A stretch of DNA of 64,000 nt from Octopus vulgaris (GCA_951406725.2 OX597814.1:4588001-4652000); one strand, 5' to 3'; positions 13,571 to 26,176 are shown, counted from the first letter of the stretch. Program-made: numbers and translations. The notes: generated by a model from the letters alone, not told the origin.

Positions 13571-13671
13571 TCTACGCTGAAGAGAAAAGAAGTTCTTGGT
13601 AAGATAGAATTATTTAATATTTAATTCTTATGCTTTCCTAAAAACTTGATTTCGAAACGTACGTCCGTAGA
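13571..13671 (+). ncRNA. Type I hammerhead ribozyme motif
   Basis: tctacg-CTGAAGA-gaaa..(long loop)..tttc-GAAA-C-GTAC-GTC-cgtaga: 6 bp stem I, intact core, palindromic loop III, GUC cleavage triplet. Confidence 0.8.
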
Positions 13672-13856
13672 TAACTTAAAATTGTATGATAGATTGCCGT
13701 CAATTCATTCCCTCTTACCTGTTTGTGTCTGCCTTCCAATTGCTGTTTTTACTGAGATCTCCCTTTTTAGTAGAAGAAATAGCTATAACTCTTTGACTGC
13801 TATTTCTAAATTCGGTATGTGGTAAGGCAATTCGTTGCCAAACCCTTTATTGCTTA

Positions 13857-13912
<56 letters not shown>

Positions 13913-14445
13913 GAAATTTGTAGTCATAACAAGGTGTTGATATGGCTGCGTGTATGTTATTACAATAGTTCACAAAGAGATAAAGAATAAATTCAAGATC
14001 TATATATTTACTACATAAAAATATATTTCATTTACTGGTCGATGATGATACATAATCAAAATTTAGATTCTAGTTGAATGAAGTAATCTATGCAAGAAAG
14101 TTCAGAGATAGAAAATGTAGAATTAACAGCTAAGTGGCGGTTTTTAGTCATGTGGCATAGAGAAATAGATGGTTATAGCAATGACGTGAATGGCTCTAAT
14201 TCTAATTGACTAAGAAGCGAAGAGCAGGGTTAGCAAGCTGTTTTTATTAATGGAACGCTAGACATTCTAGAATCTTCCAAGAGAAACGCTAAGCTTCTTG
14301 AATAAAAAAGAATCACGTCTCATGATACAGATGCTTCGAGAAACTTAGTAAAGGGAGATTACTCTATAATCTTTCTTGCAAGGGGGATCATTCAACTATC
14401 TAGCTACGTAGACCACTACACACAAATTTATGTATGTACATATAT

Positions 14446-14483
<38 letters not shown>

Positions 14484-14636
14484 CTCTGCCGCTGATTGCA
14501 GTGCGTGAGCATTTAGTTGTTGAATTTCCAAACCTAGCTCCCCTCCTATTTTAAAGTCCCGAATGACTGAATATAATACAAAATGTACCAAACAACATAA
14601 TATTCTCCAGCTCTCTTAGTGTATTGTCTGCAATTG

Positions 14637-14955
14637 AAGGCGCGTGGCTTAGTGGTTAGGATATTAGGCTGGCGATCGTAAGATCCTCAGATCAATTAAC
14701 GGCAATGCATTGTGTATTTCAGCAAGACACTTTATTTCACATTGCTTCAGTCCACTCAGATAGCAAAAGTGAGCTGTACCTGTAATTCAAAGGGGCTGGC
14801 CTTGTCACATTCTGTGTCACTCTGAATCTCCCTGAGTACTATGTCAAGGGTACATGTGCCTGTGGAGTACTCGGCCACTTATAAAATAATTTCACGAGCA
14901 GGCTGTTCCGTTGCTCGGATCGACTGGAACACTTGTAGTCGTAACCGACTGAAAG
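14637..14955 (+). mobile_element. SINE family C, older subtype
   Basis: ggcgcgtggcttagtggttagg head; ttcacgagcaggctgttccgttg body; gtcgtaaccgac end. Confidence 0.85.
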
Positions 14956-15126
14956 CCAAGCAAGAATGGAATTCTAGTAATGATTGGAATGGAGGTTCTA
15001 ATTTAGATTCTTGTTATCAACAGACAATTCCAACAGGCTTCACTAATAATATGAGAAAATATGTTTGGCGCTTTCTCTCTACCTCTTTACCTCTCTCTCT
15101 CTCTCTCTCTCTTTCTGAAAAAAAAT

Positions 15127-15291
15127 GGTGTAGGAGTGGCCGTGTGGTAAGTAGCTTGCTTACCAACCACATGGTTCCGGGTTCAGTCCCACTGCGTGGC
15201 ACCTTGGGCAAGTGTCTTCTACTATAGCCTCGGGCCGACCAAAGCCTTGTGAGTGGATTTGGTAGTCGGAAACTGAAAGAAGCCTGTCGTA

Positions 15292-15366
<75 letters not shown>

Positions 15367-15588
15367 GTGTGTATGTTTGTGTGTCTGTGTTTGTCCCCTC
15401 AACATCGCTTGACAACCGATGCTGGTGTGTTTACGTTCCCGTAACTTAGCGGTTCGGCAAAAGAGACCGATAGAATAAGTACTAGGCTTACAAAGGATAA
15501 GTCCTGGGGATCGATTTGTTCGACTAAAGGCGGTGCTCCAGCATGGCCACAGTCAAATGACTGAAACAAGTAAAAGAGTAAAAGAGTA
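15127..15588 (+). mobile_element. SINE family A, full length
   Basis: Head to tail match. Confidence 0.93.
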
Positions 15589-15650
15589 TTATAATATTTT
15601 GTACCAGCAAATGTCGGTAAGAAACTTTCCGAACTCCAAATTGGAATAAA

Positions 15651-16258
15651 ATCGTTTATAGCTTTGTCTGCTTCGAGATCCACTACTCCTAAAATGAATT
15701 ATATCTACCTAATTGGATGGAAGCACTCCGTCGGTTACGACGACGAGGGTTCCGGTTGATCCGAATCAACGGAACAGCCTGCTCGTGAAATTAACGTGTA
15801 AGTGGCTGAGCACTCCACAGACACGTGTACCCTTAACGTAGTTCTCGGGGTGACACAGAGTGTGACAAGGCCGGCCCTTTGAAATACAGGTACAACAGAA
15901 ACAGGAAGTAAGAGTGAGAGAAAGTTGTGGTGAAAGAGTACAGCAGGGATCACCACCATCCCCTGCCGGAGCCTCGTGGAGCTTTAGGTGTTTTCGCTCA
16001 ATAAACACTCACAACGCCCGGTCTGGGAATCGAAACCGCGATCCTACAACCGCAAGTTCGCTGCCCTAACCACTGGGCCATTGCGCCTCCACTGGTGAAA
16101 GAGTCCAGCAGGGATCACCACCATCCCCTGCCGGAGCCTCGTGGAGCTTTTAGGTGTTTTCGCTCAATAAACACTCACAACGCCCGGTCTGGGAATCGAA
16201 ACCGCGATCCTACGACCGCGAGTCCGCTGCCCTAACCACTGGACCATTGCGCCTCCAC
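15651..16258 (-). mobile_element. SINE family C composite: partial head copy, full copy and ~60 bp extra 3' flank
   Basis: Two ggaggcgcaatgg heads (ending ~16092 and ~16258); 3' flank identical to 38800-38861. Confidence 0.88.
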
Positions 16259-16609
16259 AGATATCTCAATATGGCTCTCACTATTGGCACAATTAACCCA
16301 ATTAAAAGTCTTTTCAGCAGATTCGGAGGACAAGCAAAGAATGCAAATCTCTTTCCAGTGACTCGGGTCAAGTTTTCTTTCTTTTTTTACTTTCTCTGAA
16401 AATAAATTCTTTCCAAGATTTTCAAATTTGTATTTTTTTTATTTATTTCTAGGATTAACTGTAATTGTTCTCTTTGATCATTAAACTTGATTAACGAGGC
16501 ATTCATCCATGCCACAATATCCAGAGATTAATAACATTAAGCAAGGATTACGTGGTTCTATATACACAAACATTCCCATGTATATATATATTTATATATA
16601 TATATATAT

Positions 16610-16900
16610 AACGGGAAGCTTTACGAAAATAAACAAAAGACGAATGCAGGTGGAATACAAACAAACAATTGTATTAGTATGGCGCTCAGGAATATAAATA
16701 AAACAAGTCTTTTACGTTTCGAGCCTACGCTCTTCAACAGAAAGATACACAGAAAAGAAACACGGAGAGAAACAAGGAGAGAAAAAAATGCGTGAAGGAG
16801 TTAACGATTCAACATGGCGGTCTGATTTCGGCCAGAAGTCAGAGATCAGACTTTAGACGCAAGAGGGATAGTAGGGGAGATAACAGGGTCAAATGACCTC
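16610..16900 (-). mobile_element. Penelope-like non-coding terminal fragment with degenerate hammerhead (16709-16744)
   Basis: Homologous to 60990-61170; rc cttt-CTGTTGA-a-gagc-gtag-gctc-GAAA-CG-TA-aaag; abuts (TA)n. Confidence 0.6.
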
Positions 16901-17297
16901 GCCCCAACATAAGGGTGCGTGTGTGCATGAGAGAGTATGTATGTGCGTATGAAAGGTCTGGACGTGCGTATGTATGTATGATGTGATGTGTAATGTCGTA
17001 TGGTGTAGTGTAGTGTCGTATGGTGTAGTGCAGTGTAGTGTGGTGCGATGTTGTGGGGAGGTGGGGAAAGCCCATGTGCGGTGTGGGTTCGGCTGGGGGT
17101 TCGGGTAGAGTAGGGGTTGTGGGGAGAGTGAAAAGGGGAGAGAAGAGAGAGGGAGGGGAGGGGATAGAGGGGAGGAGAGATGGGGGAGAGGAGATGAGAT
17201 GAGGGGGGAGGAAGAAGGAGGGGAGAGGGAAGGGGGAGGGGAGAGGGGGAGAAGGAAGGAGAAGAGAAGAGGAGGGGGTAGGAAAGGAGGGGGGAGG

Positions 17298-17545
17298 AGC
17301 TCTGAAGTTGGTAACCCATAACAAGATCGTGTTTCGATCTGGTACGGGATCATGTCTACCAAGATTGAAGTGCAAACGGAACGCTCTTTGTGTTGCAGTT
17401 ACAGAATCGTTTGTTTTGATAAACGTTTCCACAATGAAAGCGCGATGCTCACCAGTCCAAGTCATGGCAGCAACTGAAAAAGAAACGAAAAACAATGCCT
17501 TTTATTTAACCTACAAATGTGTCAGATCATTTTTGCCTGACCCTG
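17298..17545 (-). mobile_element. 5' fragment of Tc1/mariner-superfamily transposon (rosa/DD41D-like HTH N-terminus)
   Basis: TA|CAGGGT terminus; MTWTGEHRAFIVETFIKTNDSVTATQRAFRLHF...PDRNTILLWVTNFR. Confidence 0.75.
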
Positions 17546-17639
17546 TATATATATATATGTGGATGAATGTATTGATGTAGTTCTATATTTTCACAGCAAT
17601 AATTTCTTATTGATTTTTTTTCTCGATTTTATAAACTTA

Positions 17640-18009
17640 CTAGCAGTATCGCCCGGCGTTGCTCAGGTTTGTAAGGGAAATAACTATAAAGCATTTTTAG
17701 AGAGTTATAGCCAAAAAATAGCAAAAAAATGATGGTAAATTTTTTTTGAGTTAAAAAAGGTTGAGTTGCGTCCCCTAGACAGTCTGTGGTTTGTTTCTGA
17801 TTCTCGACCCCATGTCGATTTTATCGACTTTTTTCAGAACTGGGGGAACTTTTCAAAATTTTCGCTGCGTTAGTTTTGAATTATGACATTGGGCTATGTG
17901 TGTGTCAAGTTTCATCAGAATCGGTTGAAAGCCGTGGTCAGGGTGAGGGTACGAGAAAACAGACACACAGACACGCAGACAGACAAACTGCCGTTTATAT
18001 AGAGAGAGA
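17640..18009 (-). mobile_element. Non-autonomous Helitron-like element
   Basis: rc TC...hairpin-CTAG in A|T site; near identical to 55780-56155. Confidence 0.82.
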
Positions 18010-18497
18010 TAACTCATCCTATATTTCCTAATTTTTAAAGAATTTTCATCAAACGTTTGTCTTCCATCTATGTTTGTGCATACAAGCGAACTTATTTAAT
18101 CTTATTTTGTTTTCAATTTATTTTATCTCGATTTTATGAATTTATAACTTATTCTAGATTTTCGTATTTTTTAAGGACTTTCGTTAAACTTTTGTGTTAC
18201 CATCTATATATGTGCATTCAATCGTACTTTATTCAATCTTTTCAGTTTAGTCTTTTTTTAAACTCTACGGATGCAGCCGATAAATTTTTTTTCCTTTCAT
18301 TCTCTATTATATTTGAACTCATAATTTTGTGTGTGCACTTATTTTAACGTGGTTTCAAGTTGACGCTTTTAACCAAATAAAGACCAGAGGTAATTGAACT
18401 CCAGGTATAAGTTAGCTAAGCTACAAATTATACCGATAGCGACTAAAGAATACAAGAAACCATACCTAGTTTTGATACTGCAGTAATCGTATATGAG

Positions 18498-18878
18498 TGG
18501 AGGCGCAATGGCCCAGTGGTTAGGGCAGCGGACTCGCGGTCGGAGGATCGCGATTTCGATTCCCAGACCGGGCGTTGTGAGTGTTTATTGAGCGAAAACA
18601 CCTAAAGCTCCACGAGGCTCCGACAGGGGGTGGTGGTGATCCCTGCTGTACTCTTTCACCACAACTTTCTCTCTCTTTTCTTCCTGTTTCTCTTGTACCT
18701 GTATTTCAAAGGGCCAGCCTTGTCACACTCTGTGTCACGCTGAATCTCCTCGAGAACTACGTTAAGGGTACACGTGTCTGTGGAGTGCTCAGCCACTTGC
18801 ACGTTAATTTCCAGAGCAAGCTGTTCCGTTGATCGTATCAGCTGGGACCCTCATCGTCTCAACCGACGGAGTGCTCCT
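18498..18878 (+). mobile_element. SINE family C, full length
   Basis: tRNA-like head ggaggcgcaatggcccagtggttagggcagcggactcgcg...ttcgattccc; TSD-like taatcgtat at 18484 and 18881. Confidence 0.92.
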
Positions 18879-19134
18879 ACTAATCGTATGTGTTTAACTG
18901 TTCGAAAAACCCTTTTAGCTACTCCCTTTCCGGTTGAAGCTCAATTGTTTAGTCTTCCTCGCATAAAATTCGATACACAACGCGGAAATTGTTTTGATGA
19001 GGTACGTGACGAAGGGGCAGATTGTGCTTATATCATGATAGGTTTGCTCTGGTAATTTGCTGGAATCCCACTTTCGAAAAATGTGTTGTGCTTAACTGAA
19101 ACTGTCCACTCTTATCACCCATGTGTATGTGTTT

Positions 19135-19204
<70 letters not shown>

Positions 19205-19254
19205 CTGTGCCTGTATGTACATATATATGCATTACATTACACACACACACAAAC

Positions 19255-20589
19255 TATTTCTTTACTGCCCACAAGGAGCTAAACATAGAGGAGATAAACA
19301 AGGACAGACAAAGGGGTTAAGTCGATTATATCGACCCCAGTGCATAACTGGTACTTAATTTATCGACCCCGAAAGGATGAAAGGCAAAGTCGACCTCGGT
19401 GGAATTTGAACTCAGAACGTAATGGCAGACGAAATACCTATTTCTTTATTACCCACAAGGGGCTAAACACAGAGAGGACAAACAAGGACAGACATAGGTA
19501 TTAAGTCGATTACATCGACCCCAGTGCGTAACTGGTACTTAATTTATCGACCCCGAAAGGATGAAAGGCAAAGTCGACCTCGGTGGAATTTGAACTCAGA
19601 ACGTAATGGCAGACGAAATACCTATTTCTTTATTACCCACAAGGGGCTAAACACAGAGAGGACAAACAAGGACAGACATAGGTATTAAGTCGATTACATC
19701 GACCCCAGTGCGTAACTGGTACTTAATTTATCGACCCCGAAAGGATGAAAGGCAAAGTCGACCTCGGTGGAATTTGAACTCAGAACGTAATGGCAGACGA
19801 AATACCTATTTCTTTATTACCCACAAGGGGCTAAACACAGAGAGGACAAACAAGGACAGACATAGGTATTAAGTCGATTACATCGACCCCAGTGCGTAAC
19901 TGGTACTTAATTTATCGACCCCGAAAGGATGAAAGGCAAAGTCGACCTCGGTGGAATTTGAACTCAGAACGTAATGGCAGACGAAATACCTATTTCTTTA
20001 TTACCCACAAGGGGCTAAACACAGAGAGGACAAACAAGGACAGACATAGGTATTAAGTCGATTACATCGACCCCAGTGCGTAACTGGTACTTAATTTATC
20101 GACCCCGAAAGGATGAAAGGCAAAGTCGACCTCGGTGGAATTTGAACTCAGAACGTAACGGCAGACGAAATACCTATTTCTTTATTACCCACAAGGGGCT
20201 AAACACAGAGAGGACAAACAAGGACAGACATAGGTATTAAGTCGATTATATCGACCCCAGTGCGTAACTGGTACTTAATTTATCGACCCCGAAAGGATGA
20301 AAGGCAAAGTCGACCTCGGTGGAATTTGAACTCAGAACGTAACGGCAGACGAAATACCTATTTCTTTATTACCCACAAGGGGCTAAACACAGAGAGGACA
20401 AACAAGGACAGACATAGGTATTAAGTCGATTATATCGACCCCAGTGCGTAACTGGTACTTAATTTATCGACCCCGAAAGGATGAAAGGCAAAGTCGACCT
20501 CGGCGGAATTTGAACTCAGAACGTAACGGCAGACGAAATACCGCATAGCATTTCGCTCGGCGCGCTAACGTTTCTGCCAGCTCGCCGCC
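19255..20589 (-). repeat. SINE family B heptamer: one head plus seven 184 bp bodies in tandem
   Basis: Units start at 19255, 19439, 19623, 19807, 19991, 20175, 20359; single head 20543-20589. Confidence 0.95.
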
Positions 20590-20879
20590 ACACAAACACA
20601 CGCACATGCACACATGTACGTGTGGCTGTGGAGTGCTCAGCCACTCGCACGATAATTTCACGAGCAGGCTATTACGTTGATCGGACCAGCAGTGACAATC
20701 ATCGCCGTAACCGACGGAATGCCAGTTGTTTTTGTACCATCCACTGTACAACAATTCATGTACCTGCTCTACAGCAAGACGCCTACCTCTGCCTCTCTAT
20801 ACCGCCAGGAATTGAACTCATGGCCTTCAAACTGTGAGTCAAATACCCTAACCACTAAGCCACGCGCCTTCGCTGTATA

Positions 20880-21086
20880 TACATATACACACCCTTACAC
20901 ACACAAACATACACACACACATACATACATACATACGTACATACATACATACATACATACATACACACACATACATACATACGTACGTACATATATACAT
21001 ATATAAATACGTACGTACATACATACATGCATACATACATACACACACATACTTACATATACACACACATACATACATACACACAC

Positions 21087-21119
<33 letters not shown>

Positions 21120-21129
21120 CATACATACA

Positions 21130-21163
<34 letters not shown>

Positions 21164-21173
21164 CATACATACA

Positions 21174-21207
<34 letters not shown>

Positions 21208-21225
21208 CATACATACATACGTACG
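20880..21225. repeat. (TACA)n microsatellite
   Basis: Direct observation. Confidence 0.97.
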
Positions 21226-21356
21226 TTCGTACATTACTACCTCCCAATTTGAAGGGCATGCGTTTGCAACCCAGGAACAGGAAATATCAACCTGATGCAC
21301 ATATATATAATCTTTTATATATAATGTGTGTGTATATAATAAATGTATATATTATC

Positions 21357-21396
<40 letters not shown>

Positions 21397-21724
21397 GAAT
21401 GTATGTATGCATGTATGTATGTATGTATGTATGTATGTATGTATGTATGTATGTATGTATGTATGTATGATACGTAGATGACTATTTCGATTTAATGCTA
21501 CTTCACTGTGTGCAACGAGGTATTTGTACAACCCAAGCCTTCCTAAATGTCTCCTTCGAAATATAGGAAACGGTAAATAATATATTCCCTGTTTCCTGTA
21601 TCTTACAAAAGGACAAACTTGGCTTAAAGAAACGATGAGCGGGAAACGTCGTTGGCAAAACCGAAAACAGTTACGGAACGTGTGTGCCAGGAATGGTTTC
21701 TCAAGATGATATTAACCTCGTGAG

Positions 21725-22298
21725 GGCGGCGAGCTGGCAGAATCGTTAGCACGCCGGACGAAATGCTAAGCGGTATTTGGTTTACCGCTACGTTCTGAGT
21801 TCAAATTCCACGAGGTCGACTTTGCCTTTCATCCTTTTGGGGTCGATAAATTAAGCACCAGTTACGCACCGGGGTCGATGTAATCGACTTAATACCTATG
21901 TCTGTCCTTGTTTGTCCCCTCTATGTTTAACCCCTTGTGGGTAATAAAGAAATAGGTATTTGGTTCGCCATCTACTCGCAATACCAGAGGGCGCACACTC
22001 TCCTACCCTGATGTAATCTCCAGGGATACAGGCATCCAGCAACAGGACCTCCGTAATGCCATGATGGACCGTGAAGTCTGGCGTAGCATGGTAACTTCCA
22101 TTGTCTCGACCACGGTCGAACAATGATGATGATGATGAGTTCAAATTCCGCCGAGGTCGACTTTGCCTTTCATTCTTTCGGGGTCGATTAAATAAGTACT
22201 AGTTACGCACTGGGGGTCGATAAAATCGACTTAATCCGTTTGTCTTTCCTTGTTTGTCCCCTCTGTGTGTAGCCCCTTATGGGTAGTAAAGAAATAGA
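21725..22298 (+). mobile_element. SINE family B dimer interrupted by an RTE-like 3' fragment
   Basis: Body 1 ends ~21954; body 2 resumes at 22137 gagttcaaattcc. Confidence 0.85.
21968..22137 (+). pseudogene. 3' end of RTE-like LINE
   Basis: RGRTLSYPDVISRDTGIQQQDLRNAMMDREVWRSMV followed by (TGA)n tail. Confidence 0.75.
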
Positions 22299-23237
22299 TA
22301 TTAACCTCACTCCAATATATATTGAGTTTTTAACCCAACAAGTCTCGGGGTGGGGGGAGATTTTCTCTCGGACAAAAAACCGCTGCATTATGCCTTTTAG
22401 TGGCGTGTATACGTTAAGGATAGTACACAGACGGCTATTTGAAAAACATTATTTTGTTGGCCAGTGTTATTAAAAGTAGTGATTTATCTTATTAAGGACT
22501 GTCATCATTGTTATGTAGTTTGATGTAAGGTCGCTTATAACATTTCGTGAAACAAACTCCTAAATAAAAGAGATGAAAATAAACGTAGGTGAACAATGGC
22601 GAGGCTGTTGCAACCTTATTACAGAATTTCTATTTATGGCAACTCTTCCAAAGTGTTGGATCTTCAGTACACACACGCTAAATCTACAACATAATTTCAT
22701 ACTTCTATTACGCCTACGCTAGTTTCATTTCAATTTCTTTAGTCTTACGTTCCGTGGGTTTACTTACAGACTGCTGCCAAAATATTACACTCTCCCTGCG
22801 AAATACAGCGTCAGCGCAAAATATCAATGACGCTTCTTTGATTACGATCACGCCGTGATAACAGAATTATGCAAAACAACAGTAACTCCACACCAAAGTT
22901 ATAACCCTTGGTAGTCAATGTCTACTCTCGGCAGACATTGAGTTCACTTTTACTTTTTTTTTATAGAACTAACGCATACATAATAACATTCACAGGCGCA
23001 TTGCAGCCTAAATAAATACACGCACACTCGTTGCACACTCGCGCACACACACACATACATACACAAAGGTATATGCATGTATGTGGGTGTATGTATGTAT
23101 ATATATATGTATGTTTATATATATATATATATATATACATACATGCATGCATACATACATACATACACACACACATCATACACATATATATATATATATA
23201 TATACATGCATATACATACATGTATATATATACATGC

Positions 23238-23286
<49 letters not shown>

Positions 23287-23289
<3 letters not shown>

Positions 23290-23661
23290 TCTTTACTCTT
23301 TTACTCTTTTACTTGTTTCAGTCATTTGACTGCGGCCATGCTGGAGCACCACCTTTTAGTACTTATTATATCGGTCTCTTTTTGACGAACCGCTAAGTGA
23401 CGGGGACCTAAACACACCATCATCGGTTGTCAAGCAATGCTAGGGGGACAAACACAGACACACAAACACACGCATACATATATATACATACATATATACG
23501 ACAGGCTTCTTTCAGTTTCCGTCTACCAAATCCACTCACAAGGCATTGGTCGGCCTGAGGCTATAGCAGAAGACACTTGCCCAAGATGCCCCGCAGTGGG
23601 ACTGAACCCGCAACCGTGTGGTTGGTTAGCAAGCTACTTACCACACAGCCACTCCTGCGCC
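23287..23661 (-). mobile_element. SINE family A with internal deletion
   Basis: Head and tail present; lacks gtcgat..tcgac hairpin segment. Confidence 0.9.
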
Positions 23662-23671
23662 TATAAACTAT

Positions 23672-23891
23672 TTAAAAAATGTTTCAGCTTCAAAGCTTCG
23701 GTCATGCTGGAGCACCACCATTGACTGTGCTACACCCTTATTTGAAACCTTCTCTAATATATGACATTTGGTGAATGAGGGAGTTTGATGGTGATGCTGG
23801 GATCTTTGGCACTATGCAGTGGCGCCCCGTTCTGCTGTTTGGGTAACTTTCAATGCCAAAGTTTGGTACAAGGCCTCCTAGGATTTTCCAT

Positions 23892-23895
<4 letters not shown>
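23672..23895 (-). pseudogene. CR1-group LINE 3' end, internally deleted
   Basis: [14 protein letters not shown]...RTGRHCIVPKIP joined directly to SNSLIHQ; same 3' UTR as 8103-8375. Confidence 0.7.
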
Positions 23896-23975
<80 letters not shown>

Positions 23976-24061
23976 ATGTATATATATGTGGCTAATAAAG
24001 AAACATATGTATATATGTATGCATGTATGAATGTATGTATGTATGTATGTATGTATGTATG

Positions 24062-24093
<32 letters not shown>

Positions 24094-24226
24094 GATATAT
24101 ATATATATATATATACATACATATATACGCGAGAACCGAGGCAGTATGACAGAGAGAAATGAATTATAATATCAACAATTGAGGGTAAAATTAATTAATC
24201 AATTTCACCAAGTGTTCAGTATGTAA

Positions 24227-24280
24227 AAGGACCATTTAAGGCGAATTCAAAATATTTGAATTCGCCTTAAATGGTCCTAC
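24227..24280. repeat. Palindrome at the end of a (TA)n-flanked insert
   Basis: aggaccatttaaggcgaattcaaa..tttgaattcgccttaaatggtcct. Confidence 0.85.
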
Positions 24281-24305
24281 ATACATATATATATATACAC
24301 ACACA

Positions 24306-25160
24306 CAAAGTGCGGTGAATAAACTGTCGTCTAAATTACGCAAATAAGAAAATAACATTGACATCTCATTTTAACAGATATATTTACCAAAATTACATAA
24401 AATTATCTTGAAATAAAGAAGAGTAAATTTAATCAATAAAATCGCTATTTTCTTCAGCAACGTCCCCCAGACGACTTCGGAATCTCCTGAAACTCTTCTG
24501 GACGGTTGGTCAGTGGTACCATAATCTTTGCCTTCAGTTCATCTTTGGTGTTACAAGGAGTTTTGTGGGTCACTCGCTCAACTGTGCCCCCCACATAATA
24601 ATCAAGGGTGTTGCAGTCTGGGGAGTGAGGTGACTAGATGTTAGAGGTGATGTGGTCACAGATATTGTCTGACAGCCATGACTGGGTTCTCCTGCTTGGG
24701 TGGCATGTTGCAGAGTCCTGTTGCCAGGGCAGCACTAGACCCAGGGCAGCACTGCCTCCTCCAGGCACTTGATGTAGGCCTCTGTGTTGAATGTGAGGCC
24801 GCGTGGGAAGATGAATGGAGGCATAACGTCGCCATCACAAGTGATCACTCCAAACACCATGATGTTGACTGCATGTTTGACATTTACCACTCTCGGTACA
24901 TGTGCTCAGGTTGCACTGTCCTTAGATTGACACCCAACCACTCTGAAATGTTTGTATTGGAGCTTTCGGCGCGAATACCAATCAGTACAGTTTGTCGTTT
25001 CTAAATTTCTGGCGGAGTGAATTGTGTCATGGTGCTGTATTTCTGACAGACGGTGCCCAACTGACCCTACTATACTGTGTAGTCGACAAAAGCCAAAACA
25101 AACAATACGCATACGTGAAATGAAAATTTAAAATTTTGGCAATTTACCCATCACACCCTG
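24306..25160 (-). mobile_element. Internally deleted DD37D (maT) transposon
   Basis: TA|CAGGGTG end; WQQDSATCH...SPDCNTLDYYV with 37 residues between the last two catalytic Asp (one internal stop). Confidence 0.75.
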
Positions 25161-25231
<71 letters not shown>

Positions 25232-25602
25232 TATGTGTATTACAGGCATATATACACACATATATACATATATATAGAGAGATATATTTTTGTGTGTTTG
25301 TGTGTGTGTAAAACAAAAGCATAACGTTCACATATTGTTTATACTTTGTGTTCAACGGCAGTTTCATTTAAAAAATGGTGATACATAATTAATACATAAT
25401 TTAAATTAAATAAATCAAAAGCTGCTGCTAGCCAAATCGTCATGGCAATTGTTATCTCTCTCTCTCTCACTCACACACACACCTATATATATATATAACT
25501 ATTAACAAGGAGTGTAAAGTAAGCAAATTGTTTTATTATATAAGATTACAATTGTTTCATCGACATTCGAAGTCAAGTGTGTTGCTGTATTATTATATAT
25601 TA

Positions 25603-26119
25603 CTAGCAGTATCGCCCGGCGTTGCTCGGGTTTGTAAGGGAAATAACTATATAAGCATTTTTAGAGAGTTACTTCCCTTATAGATGCTAATTCGGGCTTT
25701 CTTAGCCATTTCTGTTTTGGTGTCTTCAAGCCATGAAGTCGTTGTTCTAAAAGAACGCTGGTCTCCTTGACAACGCTTTACGACGTTGATTTTCTTACAC
25801 TCCCTTCCCCACAGCTTCACGAGGGAGGGAAGAAGGGGAAGAAGCAAACACAGGTGCAGGTGTTTGAGCGTGGACGCCAAATCCGCCGCCATCGACACAC
25901 GAAAAATTATGCATTAAAATGGAATAAAAAATGATGTTAAATTATTTTTAGAATCGTAGACTCATCGTAGACGCGCGCTAATAGCCAGACGGGATCGATA
26001 TTAATCACGACTATAAGATACCCGAATTTGGTTAAACTGCACCGCAAAATGTGGGAGGAGTTAGGAATCTAAATCGAAGGGGACAGACACTCACACAACT
26101 ACAGTTTTATATATATAGA
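25603..26119 (-). mobile_element. Non-autonomous Helitron-like element
   Basis: rc TC start, hairpin-CTAG end; 5' part shared with 1465-1858 plus an extra ~200 bp internal segment. Confidence 0.82.
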
Positions 26120-26176
26120 TATGCAACGATAGACTAAAAGTGCATCATTATATCGTTACTGTATATAAATAGTGCT

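Noticed and set aside
16839-17297. Proline-rich protein
   Set aside because: Low-complexity G/A-rich tract fused in frame to a transposase fragment
18498-18575. Functional tRNA genes
   Set aside because: tRNA-like heads are fused to SINE bodies and lack a proper acceptor stem and terminator
19255-20589. CRISPR-like or retrozyme-like array
   Set aside because: No unique spacers and no cas genes; no CUGANGA/GAAA hammerhead core found in the unit on either strand; it is a SINE body multimer
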